A stretch of 64,000 bases of DNA, taken from the NCBI GenBank assembly GCA_017556745.1, contig JAFYMF010000010.1, positions 92,893 through 156,892 of the forward strand, in the 5' to 3' direction. The notes beneath the pieces are model-generated. The model did not search any database and was not told where the DNA came from. It was given only the letters and a program-made list of their open reading frames with translations. This DNA comes from Clostridia bacterium (GTDB lineage Bacteria; Bacillota; Clostridia; Oscillospirales; CAG-272). How positions within the stretch are numbered: the first letter of the stretch is position 1; the number at the start of each line of letters is the position of its first letter. Both the position numbers and the translations under genes were made by a program. Positions 1 to 10,079 of the stretch are shown here, in pieces.

Positions 1-44
1 ACACCGCCATCAGTCATTTTTATGTTTTCTGAGTTAAAATCCAT
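1..44 (-). CDS. Start of a gene running off the window edge; tentatively argJ (glutamate N-acetyltransferase)
   Basis: Minus-strand ATG at 44..42 follows an AGGCGGA RBS and encodes MDFNSENIKMTDGG.... It lies directly downstream of argC, as in argCJBD operons. Only 14 codons are visible. Confidence 0.3.
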   Translation of the reverse strand, partial: MDFNSENIKMTDGG

Positions 45-62
45 GTTAGTCCGCCTTTCAAA

Positions 63-1103
63 TCAAAACGCAGGGGGAGGAATAATAAGTCCGATATCCT
101 CACCCAGTGCAAATCTGATATTCATGTTTTGGATAGCCTGTCCTGCTGCACCCTTTACCATATTGTCGATTGCAGAGGAAATGATGAGTGTGTTTGTTCT
201 GCTATCCATGTGTATGGATATGTCGCAGAAGTTGGAGAATTTTACGTTTCTGATATTTGCGTATTCTCCATCAGGAAGGACGCGAACGAATCTTTCGTTT
301 TCGTAAGCATCGGTATATATTTTTCTGACATCAGCTACACTGACGTCGCTTGTAAGCTTGGTGTAAATAGTGGACTCTATACCGCGGTTAACGGGAAGAA
401 GGTGAGGAACAAAGGTAACGGAAACCTTACTGCCTGCAATTTCTGAAAGAGTCTGTTCGATCTCAGGTGTATGTCTGTGATTACCTGCCGCATAAGCAGA
501 GAATGCTTCGTTGGCTTCGGGATAATGGGTGTTCTGCTTGAGACCGCGGCCTGCACCGGTAACACCTGACTTAGAATCAATAATAATGTGGGTTGTGTCA
601 ATTATTCCGGCCTTGATTGCAGGGGTAATACCAAGGGCAATGGATGTTGGATAACAACCGGGATTACCGATAATGGGAACATCCTTTATTCTGTCTCGAT
701 GGAGCTCGGGAATACAGTATGCAGACTTTTCGTGAAGAGTCATATCGGTGTATTCTTTCTTGTACCAGTATGCATACTCTTCCTTGTCATTAAGGCGGAA
801 ATCCGCACCGAGATCAATGAATACGGCACCTGCCTCAAGACACTGCTTCGCAAGCGGCTCGGAAAGACCGTGAGGAAGAGAAGCGAAAACTACGTCACAC
901 TGAGGAATAAACTCCTCGGGAGAGGTGAGGACATCACTGCACCAGCTGTGAAGATTTGGATATACCTGGTCGATACTCTGTCCCTCGAAAGAAACAGAAG
1001 AGAGACCGACAACATCTACATTGGGGTGAGAAATTAACAGACGGAGTAATTCCACTCCTGCATAACCGGTAGCACCGACTATACCTGCTTTTATTTTATT
1101 CAT
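63..1103 (-). CDS. argC: N-acetyl-gamma-glutamyl-phosphate reductase
   Basis: 346-aa ORF with the N-terminal GIVGATGYAGVELLRLL Rossmann motif and full-length ArgC-like sequence, within an arg cluster. Confidence 0.95.
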   Translation of the reverse strand: MNKIKAGIVGATGYAGVELLRLLISHPNVDVVGLSSVSFEGQSIDQVYPNLHSWCSDVLTSPEEFIPQCDVVFASLPHGLSEPLAKQCLEAGAVFIDLGADFRLNDKEEYAYWYKKEYTDMTLHEKSAYCIPELHRDRIKDVPIIGNPGCYPTSIALGITPAIKAGIIDTTHIIIDSKSGVTGAGRGLKQNTHYPEANEAFSAYAAGNHRHTPEIEQTLSEIAGSKVSVTFVPHLLPVNRGIESTIYTKLTSDVSVADVRKIYTDAYENERFVRVLPDGEYANIRNVKFSNFCDISIHMDSRTNTLIISSAIDNMVKGAAGQAIQNMNIRFALGEDIGLIIPPPAF

Positions 1104-1118
1104 GAGAATTCCTCCGGA

Positions 1119-2501
1119 TCAGTTTTTATTGTTTTCTATAAAGCCGTTGAGTATAGAGAGCTGATTGTCAACAGAAGCGGGAGCTGGGCCGCCATATACC
1201 TTACGGTCCGCTACACAGTTCTCGAGATTAACGGCATCGTATACTCCATTCTCAAACTTATCTGAGAATGAGAGATATTCGTCAAGAGTAAGTGTCTCAA
1301 AAGTTTTTGAAGTTTCGATGCAGTAAGCCACCAGCTTACCGGTGATCTTATATGCATCACGGAAGGGAAGACCACGACGAACAAGATAGTCAGCGCAGTC
1401 AGTAGCATTGATGAAACCGCCGGAAGCCGCAGCTCTCATTTTCTCTTTCTTTACGGTAATTGTTGCGAACATTGCGCCGAACACCTCAAGACAGAGTTTG
1501 ACGTTATCAATTGAATCGAATATAGCTTCCTTATCCTCCTGCATATCCTTATTGTATGCAAGGGGTAGAGCCTTCATCATGGTAAATAGTGCGGTCATGT
1601 TTCCGTATACACGGCCGGTCTTGCCTCTGACAAGCTCCGCAACGTCAGGATTCTTTTTCTGTGGCATTATTGACGAACCGGTTGAATAGGCATCGTCAAG
1701 ATCAATAAATGAATATTCGCTTGAGCACCAAAGGATTATTTCCTCGGAAAAACGTGAAAGATGCATCATCAAAATAGAAAGTGCTGATGAAAGCTCAAGA
1801 ACGAAATCACGGTCAGAAACACCGTCAATACTGTTTGCGGTTACATCCGCAAAACCAAGCTGCTCTGCAACAAAATGACGGTCAATAGGATATGTGGTGG
1901 AGGCAAGTGCGCCGGAACCAAGAGGCATAACATCTGTACGACGGTATACGTCATCAAGTCTTGATGCATCGCGCATAAGCATCTGAGCGTATGCAAGTAT
2001 GTAATGTGCAAATGTAAGCGGCTGCGCTCTCTGGAGATGAGTGTAACCGGGCATTACAGTGTCTTTGTTTTCTTTTGCTGTTTCATAGATTATTCCAAGA
2101 AGGTTAATAACAAGCTCCTTGATTTCTTTGATCTCAGCCTTACAGTACATACGAATGTCAAGTGCTACCTGGTCGTTACGGCTGCGCGCGGTGTGCAGGC
2201 GTTTGCCTGCATCACCGATACGCGCCGTCAGTACACTTTCAATGAACATGTGTATATCTTCGGCTTCCGGATCGATTGCAAGAGATCCGTTTTCAATATC
2301 TGCTTTTATATTTTTAAGCTCAGAAACGATCTTCTTGCTGTCCTCTACGTCAATTATGCCGCATTTGCCCAGCATAGTGGCATGGGCAATAGAGCCCTCG
2401 ATATCTTGCGCATACATTCTCGAATCGAAAGAAATAGAAGAATTGAATGCGTTTACGCGGTTGTCCAGCGTTTTGCTGAAACGTCCGTCCCACATTTTCA
2501 T
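1119..2501 (-). CDS. argH: Argininosuccinate lyase
   Basis: 460-aa ORF with the MWDGRF N-terminus and the fumarate-lyase signature GSSIMPQKKNPD. Confidence 0.95.
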   Translation of the reverse strand: MKMWDGRFSKTLDNRVNAFNSSISFDSRMYAQDIEGSIAHATMLGKCGIIDVEDSKKIVSELKNIKADIENGSLAIDPEAEDIHMFIESVLTARIGDAGKRLHTARSRNDQVALDIRMYCKAEIKEIKELVINLLGIIYETAKENKDTVMPGYTHLQRAQPLTFAHYILAYAQMLMRDASRLDDVYRRTDVMPLGSGALASTTYPIDRHFVAEQLGFADVTANSIDGVSDRDFVLELSSALSILMMHLSRFSEEIILWCSSEYSFIDLDDAYSTGSSIMPQKKNPDVAELVRGKTGRVYGNMTALFTMMKALPLAYNKDMQEDKEAIFDSIDNVKLCLEVFGAMFATITVKKEKMRAAASGGFINATDCADYLVRRGLPFRDAYKITGKLVAYCIETSKTFETLTLDEYLSFSDKFENGVYDAVNLENCVADRKVYGGPAPASVDNQLSILNGFIENNKN

Positions 2502-2540
2502 TAGTTTAGATCCTGCCTTTTACTTGTTGTTTGTTATTTA

Positions 2541-3767
2541 TTACTTGTTGTTTTCTCTGCGTGCATCAAGGGTTGCCTTGATCTTTATCGGGAGACCGAA
2601 CAGATTGATAAATCCGTCAGCATCAGCCTGGTTGTAAACTTCATCCTCATCAAAGGTAGCAACCTCTTCATCGTAAAGAGAATAGGGAGAGGTAACAGAT
2701 GCGGTTATTATGTTACCCTTATAAAGCTTGAGCTTTACATCACCGGTAACGGTTTCCTGAGTCTTATCAACGAATGCGGAGAGAGCCTCTCTGCAGGGGG
2801 TGAACCACTGACCAAAGTATACGAGATCTGCAAACTTACCGGAGAGCATCTGCTTGGTGTGCATAGTGTCGCGGTCAAGAGTAAGGTTCTCAAGAGCTTC
2901 GTGAGCAGCGTAAAGGATGGTTCCGCCGGGAGTCTCATAAACACCGCGGCTCTTCATACCTACAAGACGGTTCTCAACGATGTCAATGATACCGATACCA
3001 TTTTCACCGCCGAGACGGTTAAGCTCAGAAACAAGCTCAACAGCACCAAGCTTCTTGCCATCAAGAGAAACAGGAACACCTGCTTCGAAGCCGATGGTAA
3101 CATAAGTTGCCTTGTCGGGCGCTTTTTCGGGAGAAACACCAAGCTCAAGGATCTTATCGTAATCAGGCTCATTTGCAGGATTCTCGAGATCAAGTCCTTC
3201 GTGAGAAAGGTGCCAGATGTTCTTATCCTTGGAGTAGTTTGTCTCGCGGGTAAGTGCGATGGGAACGTTCTTCTCTATAGCGTAGTCGATCTCCTCGTCA
3301 CGGGACTTGATATCCCAGATACGCCAAGGAGCGATTATCTCCATCTCGGGAGCGAATGCCTTGATGGTAAGCTCGAAACGAACCTGGTCGTTGCCCTTAC
3401 CGGTACAGCCGTGAGCGATAGCATCAGCGCCTTCAGCCTTTGCGATTTCAACTATTCTCTTTGCGATAATAGGACGTGCAAAGGAAGTACCGAGAAGATA
3501 GCTGTTCTCATATTTTGCGCCTGCCTTGAGAGTGGGGTAGATGTAGTCCTCGATGAACTCCTTGCGAAGATCCTCGATATAAAGCTTGGATGCACCGGTC
3601 TTAATAGCCTTTTCTTCAAGACCGTCGGTCTCCTTACCCTGACCAACGTCACCGCAAACTGCAATTACCTCACAGCCGGGATAGTTATCCTTGAGCCACG
3701 GAATGATAATGGAGGTATCAAGGCCTCCGGAGTATGCAAGAACTATCTTTTTGATGTCTTTTTTCAT
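2541..3767 (-). CDS. argG: Argininosuccinate synthase
   Basis: 408-aa ORF with the [12 protein letters not shown]-pyrophosphatase motif and ArgG-like sequence throughout. Confidence 0.95.
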   Translation of the reverse strand: MKKDIKKIVLAYSGGLDTSIIIPWLKDNYPGCEVIAVCGDVGQGKETDGLEEKAIKTGASKLYIEDLRKEFIEDYIYPTLKAGAKYENSYLLGTSFARPIIAKRIVEIAKAEGADAIAHGCTGKGNDQVRFELTIKAFAPEMEIIAPWRIWDIKSRDEEIDYAIEKNVPIALTRETNYSKDKNIWHLSHEGLDLENPANEPDYDKILELGVSPEKAPDKATYVTIGFEAGVPVSLDGKKLGAVELVSELNRLGGENGIGIIDIVENRLVGMKSRGVYETPGGTILYAAHEALENLTLDRDTMHTKQMLSGKFADLVYFGQWFTPCREALSAFVDKTQETVTGDVKLKLYKGNIITASVTSPYSLYDEEVATFDEDEVYNQADADGFINLFGLPIKIKATLDARRENNK

Positions 3768-3889
3768 AGTATATTTACCTCTTTCGTGAGTATTGTTTTA
3801 TGTTACCATAAATTATAATACTTTTATTTGTTTTTTGCAATAGGCAATTTGCACAAGAACGAATAATTATACGCAATAATAAAGATATA

Positions 3890-3978
3890 ATGAATAATAA
3901 TGCATAAATATACAAATAATTTTGCATAAACCATTTATTGCATCGTGTAAATGCTTTGTGAATGCAAATAATTATTAC
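3890..3978. promoter_or_regulatory. Candidate ArgR/AhrC operators (ARG boxes) in the argG / deacetylase divergent region
   Basis: ATGAATAATAATGCATA (3890-3907) resembles the Bacillus ARG box CATGAATAAAAATKCAAK. Two further TGCATAAA / TGAATGCAAAT-type AT-rich half-palindromes lie at 3921-3944 and 3959-3978. Confidence 0.35.
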
Positions 3979-4034
3979 GTGAACAAAAAAACAATGTGTC
4001 GGACAGAGATTTTTATTCTGTCAGAGGTGAGACT

Positions 4035-4832
4035 ATGAAAATAAAAATAACAAAAATTTACGTGTTTATTTTGACACTTTCCGTGCTGTTTTCTACAGTT
4101 ACAGCATATAGTCGGGTGAATGCTGCCGGTCAAAACGGGATTAGTTGGTTTTGTAAGAACAATGTTGAGCACAGACAACCTCAGCTTCCTCAGGAATTAA
4201 GATTTGCGATGGATTATAATGCTGTGTATATAGATGAGAAGCACGGCGATGATAGCAGTGAAAAAGTTATTTATCTGACGTTTGATGCAGGGTATGAAAA
4301 CGGTAATGTTGAAAAAATAATGAATGTAATGGCTGATAACGGTGTTAAAGGTGCGTTTTTTATTCTGGGAAATCTAATTGAAAAAAACACCGAACTAGTG
4401 AAAAGAATGGCTGAAGAAGGACATTTAGTATGTAATCATACGGTAAATCACAGAGATATGACACTTGAATCTCCTGAAGCACTCCAAAAAGAGGTAACAG
4501 AACTTGAAAGCTTATTTCGGGAGAAGACAGGGCACGAGCTTGCAAAATTTTATCGTCCACCCGAAGGAAAGTTTAGCGCTGAAAATCTTGATACAGTAGC
4601 TAAGCTTGGATATACAACCGTGTTCTGGAGTTTTGCTTATGCAGACTGGGACAATAATAAGCAAATGTCGAAGGAAAAGGCAAAGGAAAAGGTGCTGAAA
4701 CACACTCATAACGGTGCCGTTATTCTTCTTCATCCCACATCAAAAACCAACGCAGAAATACTTGATGACCTTATAAAGACTTGGAAGGCGGAAGGATACC
4801 GTTTTGGTACTCTTGACGAACTGATAAAATGA
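4035..4832 (+). CDS. Polysaccharide deacetylase, PdaA-like (delta-lactam-biosynthetic de-N-acetylase family)
   Basis: NodB-type motifs are present (LTFDAGYENG, HLVCNHTVNHRDM, FYRPPEG, LLHP). A signal-like N-terminus is present. GAGGTG RBS precedes the ATG at 4035; the ORF track starts earlier, at 3996. Confidence 0.8.
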   Translation: MKIKITKIYVFILTLSVLFSTVTAYSRVNAAGQNGISWFCKNNVEHRQPQLPQELRFAMDYNAVYIDEKHGDDSSEKVIYLTFDAGYENGNVEKIMNVMADNGVKGAFFILGNLIEKNTELVKRMAEEGHLVCNHTVNHRDMTLESPEALQKEVTELESLFREKTGHELAKFYRPPEGKFSAENLDTVAKLGYTTVFWSFAYADWDNNKQMSKEKAKEKVLKHTHNGAVILLHPTSKTNAEILDDLIKTWKAEGYRFGTLDELIK

Positions 4833-5554
4833 AAAACATCAAAAAAAGAGAAAAAATGTATTTTTATTCATTTTTGCTTGCTTTTCTGCCGTTTTTTATT
4901 TTGATACTGTCATTAAGTGTCAAAGGCGGCGTTGGAGAGAGAAAAGATATTGCCAACGTATACTCTCATAAAGAAAACTGCGACATGAAAATAGCATTGA
5001 CCTTTGACGATGGTCCGCATGGCGTTAAGACCGCGGTTATACTTGATATCCTGAAAAAGTATTCTGTCCCAGCAACATTTTTTGTATTAGGCGAAAATGC
5101 AGAGAAACATCCCGAAATAATAAAAAGGGAAATTAAAGAGGGGCACGAAATAGGAAACCATACCTACAGTCATTTGGCCATATCGGAGAAGAATATATCA
5201 GGTATGAGAGATGAGATAATCAAGACTGAAAATTCTGTATATGAAATAACCGAATATCGTCCAAAGCTGTTCAGACCTCCCGAGGGAAGATGTAATGAGA
5301 ACATTGCTTCTATAGCGGCATCTCTTGATTATTCGGTGATACTTTGGAATATAGATACCAGGGACTGGGCACACACGTCACGTGACTGTATAGTGGATAT
5401 GGTTCTTAATAATATCGAATCAGGTGATATAGTACTGTTTCATGATGCTGTATCAGGCAAATCAAACACAGCAGATGCACTCGAGATCATTATCCCAAAA
5501 CTTAAAGAAAAAGGTTATATATTTGTAACGGTATCCGAACTGCTTGAAAGTTGA
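4829..5554 (+). CDS. Polysaccharide deacetylase family protein (NodB homology domain)
   Basis: Motifs TFDDGPH, HEIGNHTYSH, LFRPPEG and LFHD, with an N-terminal TM segment. Its ATGA start overlaps the upstream stop. Confidence 0.8.
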   Translation: MKNIKKREKMYFYSFLLAFLPFFILILSLSVKGGVGERKDIANVYSHKENCDMKIALTFDDGPHGVKTAVILDILKKYSVPATFFVLGENAEKHPEIIKREIKEGHEIGNHTYSHLAISEKNISGMRDEIIKTENSVYEITEYRPKLFRPPEGRCNENIASIAASLDYSVILWNIDTRDWAHTSRDCIVDMVLNNIESGDIVLFHDAVSGKSNTADALEIIIPKLKEKGYIFVTVSELLES

Positions 5555-5568
5555 TACTAAGGATAAAA

Positions 5569-5606
5569 ACAGTCCGGTTTTTCTCAGAAAAGCCGGACTG
5601 TTTTTA
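5569..5606 (+). terminator. Rho-independent terminator
   Basis: ACAGTCCGG ... CCGGACTGT stem followed by a T-run. Confidence 0.7.
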
Positions 5607-5704
5607 CAGATCATTTTCACCTATAATTTTGTGGATTATATTGACAATATATACCGAATACTGTACACTTGGTTTATAAACGTTTTACCGGAGGCGGACT
5701 TGAT

Positions 5705-7225
5705 ATGAAATTGTTCAAAAGTAGTTTTTTACCATTTGTTCTTGTGTTCTGCATCATTTTTTCTTCATGTTCCGGTGTGGATACCGAGGAGATTACAGAA
5801 GGTTCCGATGCAGATACTACTACTAAAATAGAAGACACGACAGATAATATCTCAAGTGATGAATCCGAGTACAAAATTGATGAAGAATACAGTTACGAAA
5901 CGTGGAGAAAAAACGCGTATGATTATCTTAAGTCTGTAACGATAACTGCAGATGGAGGGTCAATTTACATTTCAGATGATTCAGCCACTCTTGCATGGGG
6001 AACTTCATATATGCTTGATGCACTGTATAAAGGATATTGTGCAACAGGAGATATTGCTTTCCTTGACCAGTTTGCTATATACGCATTCAGGGTATATGAA
6101 CTGATGGCTGACAAGGACGGTGACGGTTTTCTCAACTGGGGTACCGGAAATTATAGCGATAACGGTGAATACAAGGAATATGCAGTTCACTGTGGAATGG
6201 TGACTTCGATAACGGGTAGTTTTGTGTGCCTTGTTAATGCGAACCCTTCACTTGCCGAAAAAGATACTCCTCTCGGCATGACCTATGGTGAGTTTGCGGA
6301 ATACATCATAGACAGAACGGTTAATCACTTGATCCCCACATATGATCGTGATTGGGATGAGGATCTTGGGGTTTACATGGAGCACTACAGAAGAATATCA
6401 CTTCCTCATAATCAATATCTTGTTATGGCTATGGCTATGATGAAATTTGCTGTGGTTTCCCCTGAACACTGCGAAGAATACATACATAGAGCGGAAAAAA
6501 TGCTCGATACTTTTAACCGTTATGTTATTCGTTTTCCGAGTATCGATGCTGTGACTTGGTGTTATGATGACATAATGTTTGATGGAGACGAAAGCGCTCA
6601 GGACACAGAGGATTTTTCTCACGGTATGCTTGACGTAAGAGCGGCTATATTTGGGTATGAAAACGGGTTGGTTTTTTCGCTTGAGGACATAGAAACTTTT
6701 GCAAACAATTATTCTGTTTTCATGCATAGAGATGCCGAAGATTATCCTATGTTATCGTCAAAAGTTGATGGAACGGGAAGTACTACCGGTGATATATACT
6801 ATTGGATATATGATATTGCCATGTACAGAGAAGCAATGATGACAAGAGGAATGGAGTATTTGATAAATTCAGGCACATCGAAATCTCAGGACTCACTTCG
6901 CATACTGGCATATCATCCTTACACACCTACACCCGAGGATTTTTCTCTTACGTACCCCGAAAATCAGGAAGAGTCAGTAAATCCCGATTTTTCTGTATTT
7001 TGTTGGCAGAGAGCACCGTATGCGAATTATTATTGTGTTCAAATAGCAGAAGATGCGGAGTTTGAAAATATTATTGTTAACAGAGATAAAATACAGGACT
7101 CAAGCGTTATTGTCAAAGATCTTCCTGAAGATTCTACTCTTTATTACAGGGTTATTGCAAAGAATATGAGTGGCGAGGAAACTGTAAGTGATACATATTC
7201 CTTTAAAACCGGGGAGGCGAAATAA
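5705..7225 (+). CDS. Lipoprotein of unknown function with a C-terminal Fn3-like module
   Basis: Signal peptide plus lipobox (FSSC) after the ATG at 5705. An acidic linker follows, then a large helical domain. The C-terminal ~90 aa (YYRVIAKNMSGEETVSDTYSFKT) look Fn3-like. Confidence 0.6.
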   Translation: MKLFKSSFLPFVLVFCIIFSSCSGVDTEEITEGSDADTTTKIEDTTDNISSDESEYKIDEEYSYETWRKNAYDYLKSVTITADGGSIYISDDSATLAWGTSYMLDALYKGYCATGDIAFLDQFAIYAFRVYELMADKDGDGFLNWGTGNYSDNGEYKEYAVHCGMVTSITGSFVCLVNANPSLAEKDTPLGMTYGEFAEYIIDRTVNHLIPTYDRDWDEDLGVYMEHYRRISLPHNQYLVMAMAMMKFAVVSPEHCEEYIHRAEKMLDTFNRYVIRFPSIDAVTWCYDDIMFDGDESAQDTEDFSHGMLDVRAAIFGYENGLVFSLEDIETFANNYSVFMHRDAEDYPMLSSKVDGTGSTTGDIYYWIYDIAMYREAMMTRGMEYLINSGTSKSQDSLRILAYHPYTPTPEDFSLTYPENQEESVNPDFSVFCWQRAPYANYYCVQIAEDAEFENIIVNRDKIQDSSVIVKDLPEDSTLYYRVIAKNMSGEETVSDTYSFKTGEAK

Positions 7226-8917
7226 ATGAAGAACTTTAAATATTTTATTGTTTCGTTTATACTGATTATCTGCTTTGTTCTTTTTGCTTGTTCTGAGAAT
7301 AAACCGATAGAAAACAATCCGGACACAACCGATAATACTATAGCTGAAGTACCGAAAAACAATGAAAGAAAGATATATAAACACGTTTTACTTATCGGTG
7401 TAGACGGTGCCGGAGCTTATTTTAAGGATGCAGATACACCTAACCTTGATCGCATTTTTAAAGACGGAAATGTTACGTACGATGTTAGGGCAGAAGCACC
7501 TACTTACAGTTTTTCGAACTGGATCAGTATCTTCCACGGTATAGAATCTAACGTTCACAAAATGTACGATAAGACATATGTACCTTATCCGAGTGAATCC
7601 GATTTCCCCAGTATATTCCGTGCTATTTTAGAGCAGAATCCTGACGCGAGTGTTACCTCTGTTGCGTGGGATACTTTAAATGTCGGTCTGATAGAAAAAG
7701 ACATAAACGTAAATAAGATAACAACACAAGGCGGAGATTTTTTTACCGTCGAGAGTGTTTGTCAGTATCTCGATAACAATGGTGCTCCTACATTTTTGTT
7801 TACGGCTTTTGGTGATGTAGATGTAGTTGCTCATGATGATTCATGGGGCGGTGCCGGACATCTCGGTCTGATAAGAAACACAGATGTTCTTATCGGTGCG
7901 ATATACAACAAGTACGAGGAGCTCGGTATACTTGATGACACATTAATAATGGTTACGTCAAACCACGGAGGTTACGGAAAAGACCACGGCGGTAACAGAG
8001 ATAGTGAAAAATACGTTATGTTTGCCATAAGCGGAGATAGTGTTATCAAAAACGGATGCGCTGAAGATATGGCTATACGCGATGTTGCGGCGATAACAAT
8101 GTATGCCCTGGGGCTTGACTCACCGGAAAACTGGACAGCCCGTGTTCCGGAGGGGATTTTTGATGGTGTTGGCGGAGAAGAGCGAAACGTCTATGTTTTA
8201 GACAGTAATACAAGATATAGAGAGACTTTGCCAACTCCCTATGAAAACAGTGAAAAATATATCACAAATTACATATCCGATAAGACACTTGAATACTATC
8301 TTACCTTTGACGGTGCGGTAGAGGATAAATTCGGAAATGAGATAACTGTAACCGATGATTACCATTATATTGATGGTATCTTCGGAGAGGGTATAAGACT
8401 TGACAACGGATATCTGACTATTCCCGAATATTCAAATGGCGGAGAAGCCTTTACCATTGCTATGTGGCTTCAGATAAAGTCTGATTACGGTAATCCCATA
8501 ATTCTTACCAATAAGGATCAGGCTGACACTAATAGCAAAGGATTTTCAGTAGCTATTGAAAATATAGGTGGCAAGCCTTATATCACGGAAACTATCGGTG
8601 ACGAAAGCTCGTCTGTTTATAAGTTCCAGAAACTCCCGTCAGATTATGTCGATGGATGGGTGCACCTAATATTTGCATACGATCCGAGTGAAGAAACTGC
8701 GAAAATATCTATTGATTTCGGTGAGTTTAAAAACATCAAATTGAATGATGATATGTCTGCGGATTCATTCGAGAGCAATAGCCCTATGTATATCGGTTTC
8801 TACCCGGATAGAGAAGATCTTCACGCCTTTGACGGTGCTATAGATGAGTTTATGCAGTTCAGCGGATGCTTTACCGATGAGGACGTACTTGCACTTGAGG
8901 CATATTACGGTAAATAA
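7226..8917 (+). CDS. Lipoprotein: alkaline-phosphatase-superfamily phosphodiesterase/pyrophosphatase domain plus C-terminal LamG-like domain
   Basis: Lipobox LFAC. The motifs LLIGVDGAG...TYSFSNW...SNHGGYGKDHGG are typical of type I phosphodiesterase / nucleotide pyrophosphatase. The C-terminal ~200 aa have a LamG/concanavalin-like pattern (FDGAIDEF). Confidence 0.65.
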   Translation: MKNFKYFIVSFILIICFVLFACSENKPIENNPDTTDNTIAEVPKNNERKIYKHVLLIGVDGAGAYFKDADTPNLDRIFKDGNVTYDVRAEAPTYSFSNWISIFHGIESNVHKMYDKTYVPYPSESDFPSIFRAILEQNPDASVTSVAWDTLNVGLIEKDINVNKITTQGGDFFTVESVCQYLDNNGAPTFLFTAFGDVDVVAHDDSWGGAGHLGLIRNTDVLIGAIYNKYEELGILDDTLIMVTSNHGGYGKDHGGNRDSEKYVMFAISGDSVIKNGCAEDMAIRDVAAITMYALGLDSPENWTARVPEGIFDGVGGEERNVYVLDSNTRYRETLPTPYENSEKYITNYISDKTLEYYLTFDGAVEDKFGNEITVTDDYHYIDGIFGEGIRLDNGYLTIPEYSNGGEAFTIAMWLQIKSDYGNPIILTNKDQADTNSKGFSVAIENIGGKPYITETIGDESSSVYKFQKLPSDYVDGWVHLIFAYDPSEETAKISIDFGEFKNIKLNDDMSADSFESNSPMYIGFYPDREDLHAFDGAIDEFMQFSGCFTDEDVLALEAYYGK

Positions 8918-8961
8918 AAACATATAGGCAAAAATATTCTGCCTATACATGAATAACAAAA

Positions 8962-9012
8962 GAACCTTCCCGTGGTTCCTCTTGAATCCATGGGAGGGTT
9001 CTTTTTTTTATT
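8962..9012. terminator. Bidirectional terminator between convergent genes
   Basis: AGAACCTTCCCGTGG ... CCATGGGAGGGTTCT stem followed by T8. A second small hairpin (TATAGGCA/TGCCTATA) lies at about 8922-8950. Confidence 0.6.
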
Positions 9013-9044
9013 GAGTATTATTTGTTATACTCGTCAATTACAAT

Positions 9045-10049
9045 TTATACATCATCTCTGCAAATAGGCTCGCTGAGTTCTTCCTCGTCATCGCCCTCGT
9101 TGAAATAACTGTATTCTTCTTCCTTGTAGTAGGGATCGATCATATACTCCTTGATCTTCGGATATGCAGCGTAAGCACCGAGGTATATACAGATAGCAAT
9201 ACCGCAAATAACCACAACCGCGAGAGCCAAAGGCAGATAAACGGTAAGGAATGAATAGGTGAGTATCACAATAACAGCTATACCTATGGTAGCAACAATG
9301 TTTCTCCATACACCGAGAAGAGAGAAAATAAGTGAGTTCTTGAGAATCTTAAAGAGACTGAGCTCAAAAGTAACAAGTATCTGATACATGTAAAAACGCA
9401 TAAAGAAGTAGATAACCGCCATGCAAAGGGAAATGATAAACAGCATGCCCATCATACCGCCTGCTGCAGAATTACTGTAGAAAAACAGTATATCCCAAAC
9501 AAGCATGAAAGAAAGGAATGAATCTATCAGACCGAGGATAAAGCCTTGTTTGAAGTTTCTCTTTACCGCATAGAAGAAATCAGAAAGTACAGAAACAGAC
9601 TCGCCTCTGACAAGGTTTCTGGTAACGTATGCACATCCCGTTGAGATAGGACCGATGAGCAGAACAGAAAGCAGGCCAAGCGCATACAGTACCATAGTTG
9701 TGGTATTGGGAATATGTGATTCAACCTGTATTCCGTATATTCCCCAAAGAGAAGACACGGCAGGGGAGGGTTGATGCTTCATCAAACTGTAAACGGTACC
9801 GAACATATCATATGCAGGTCCTGTTCTGAGTGTGCTGAAGTATCCTGTTGCGGCAATAAGCGGAAAAAGAAGAGGGAAATTGCCGAATAGAACAAGAAGG
9901 TTAAGAGACATAAGCTTACCAAACCTTCTGGGAAGCGTCATAAAGAAATTAATAAAGTTAAGAGGACGTTGTTTTTCTTTTTTTACTCCTTTACCGTCTT
10001 TGCCGGGACGGTAAAACATATTAAACAGACTGTGTTTTTCCTTTGCCAA
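9045..10049 (-). CDS. YesL-like (DUF624) multi-pass membrane protein
   Basis: 334-aa polytopic ORF. The N-terminal pattern FINFFMTLPRRFGKLMSLNLLVLFGNFPLLF resembles DUF624. Confidence 0.5.
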   Translation of the reverse strand: MAKEKHSLFNMFYRPGKDGKGVKKEKQRPLNFINFFMTLPRRFGKLMSLNLLVLFGNFPLLFPLIAATGYFSTLRTGPAYDMFGTVYSLMKHQPSPAVSSLWGIYGIQVESHIPNTTTMVLYALGLLSVLLIGPISTGCAYVTRNLVRGESVSVLSDFFYAVKRNFKQGFILGLIDSFLSFMLVWDILFFYSNSAAGGMMGMLFIISLCMAVIYFFMRFYMYQILVTFELSLFKILKNSLIFSLLGVWRNIVATIGIAVIVILTYSFLTVYLPLALAVVVICGIAICIYLGAYAAYPKIKEYMIDPYYKEEEYSYFNEGDDEEELSEPICRDDV

Positions 10050-10079
10050 TTTTTTATCCTTCCTTTGCAGAGTAGTTTT

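Noticed and set aside
2859-3818. 319-aa plus-strand ORF, and many other 60-170-aa ORFs overlapping the arg genes, proC, murD, M42 genes and others
   Set aside because: All lie antisense to, or out of frame within, genes that have unambiguous family signatures. None has an RBS or recognisable motifs.
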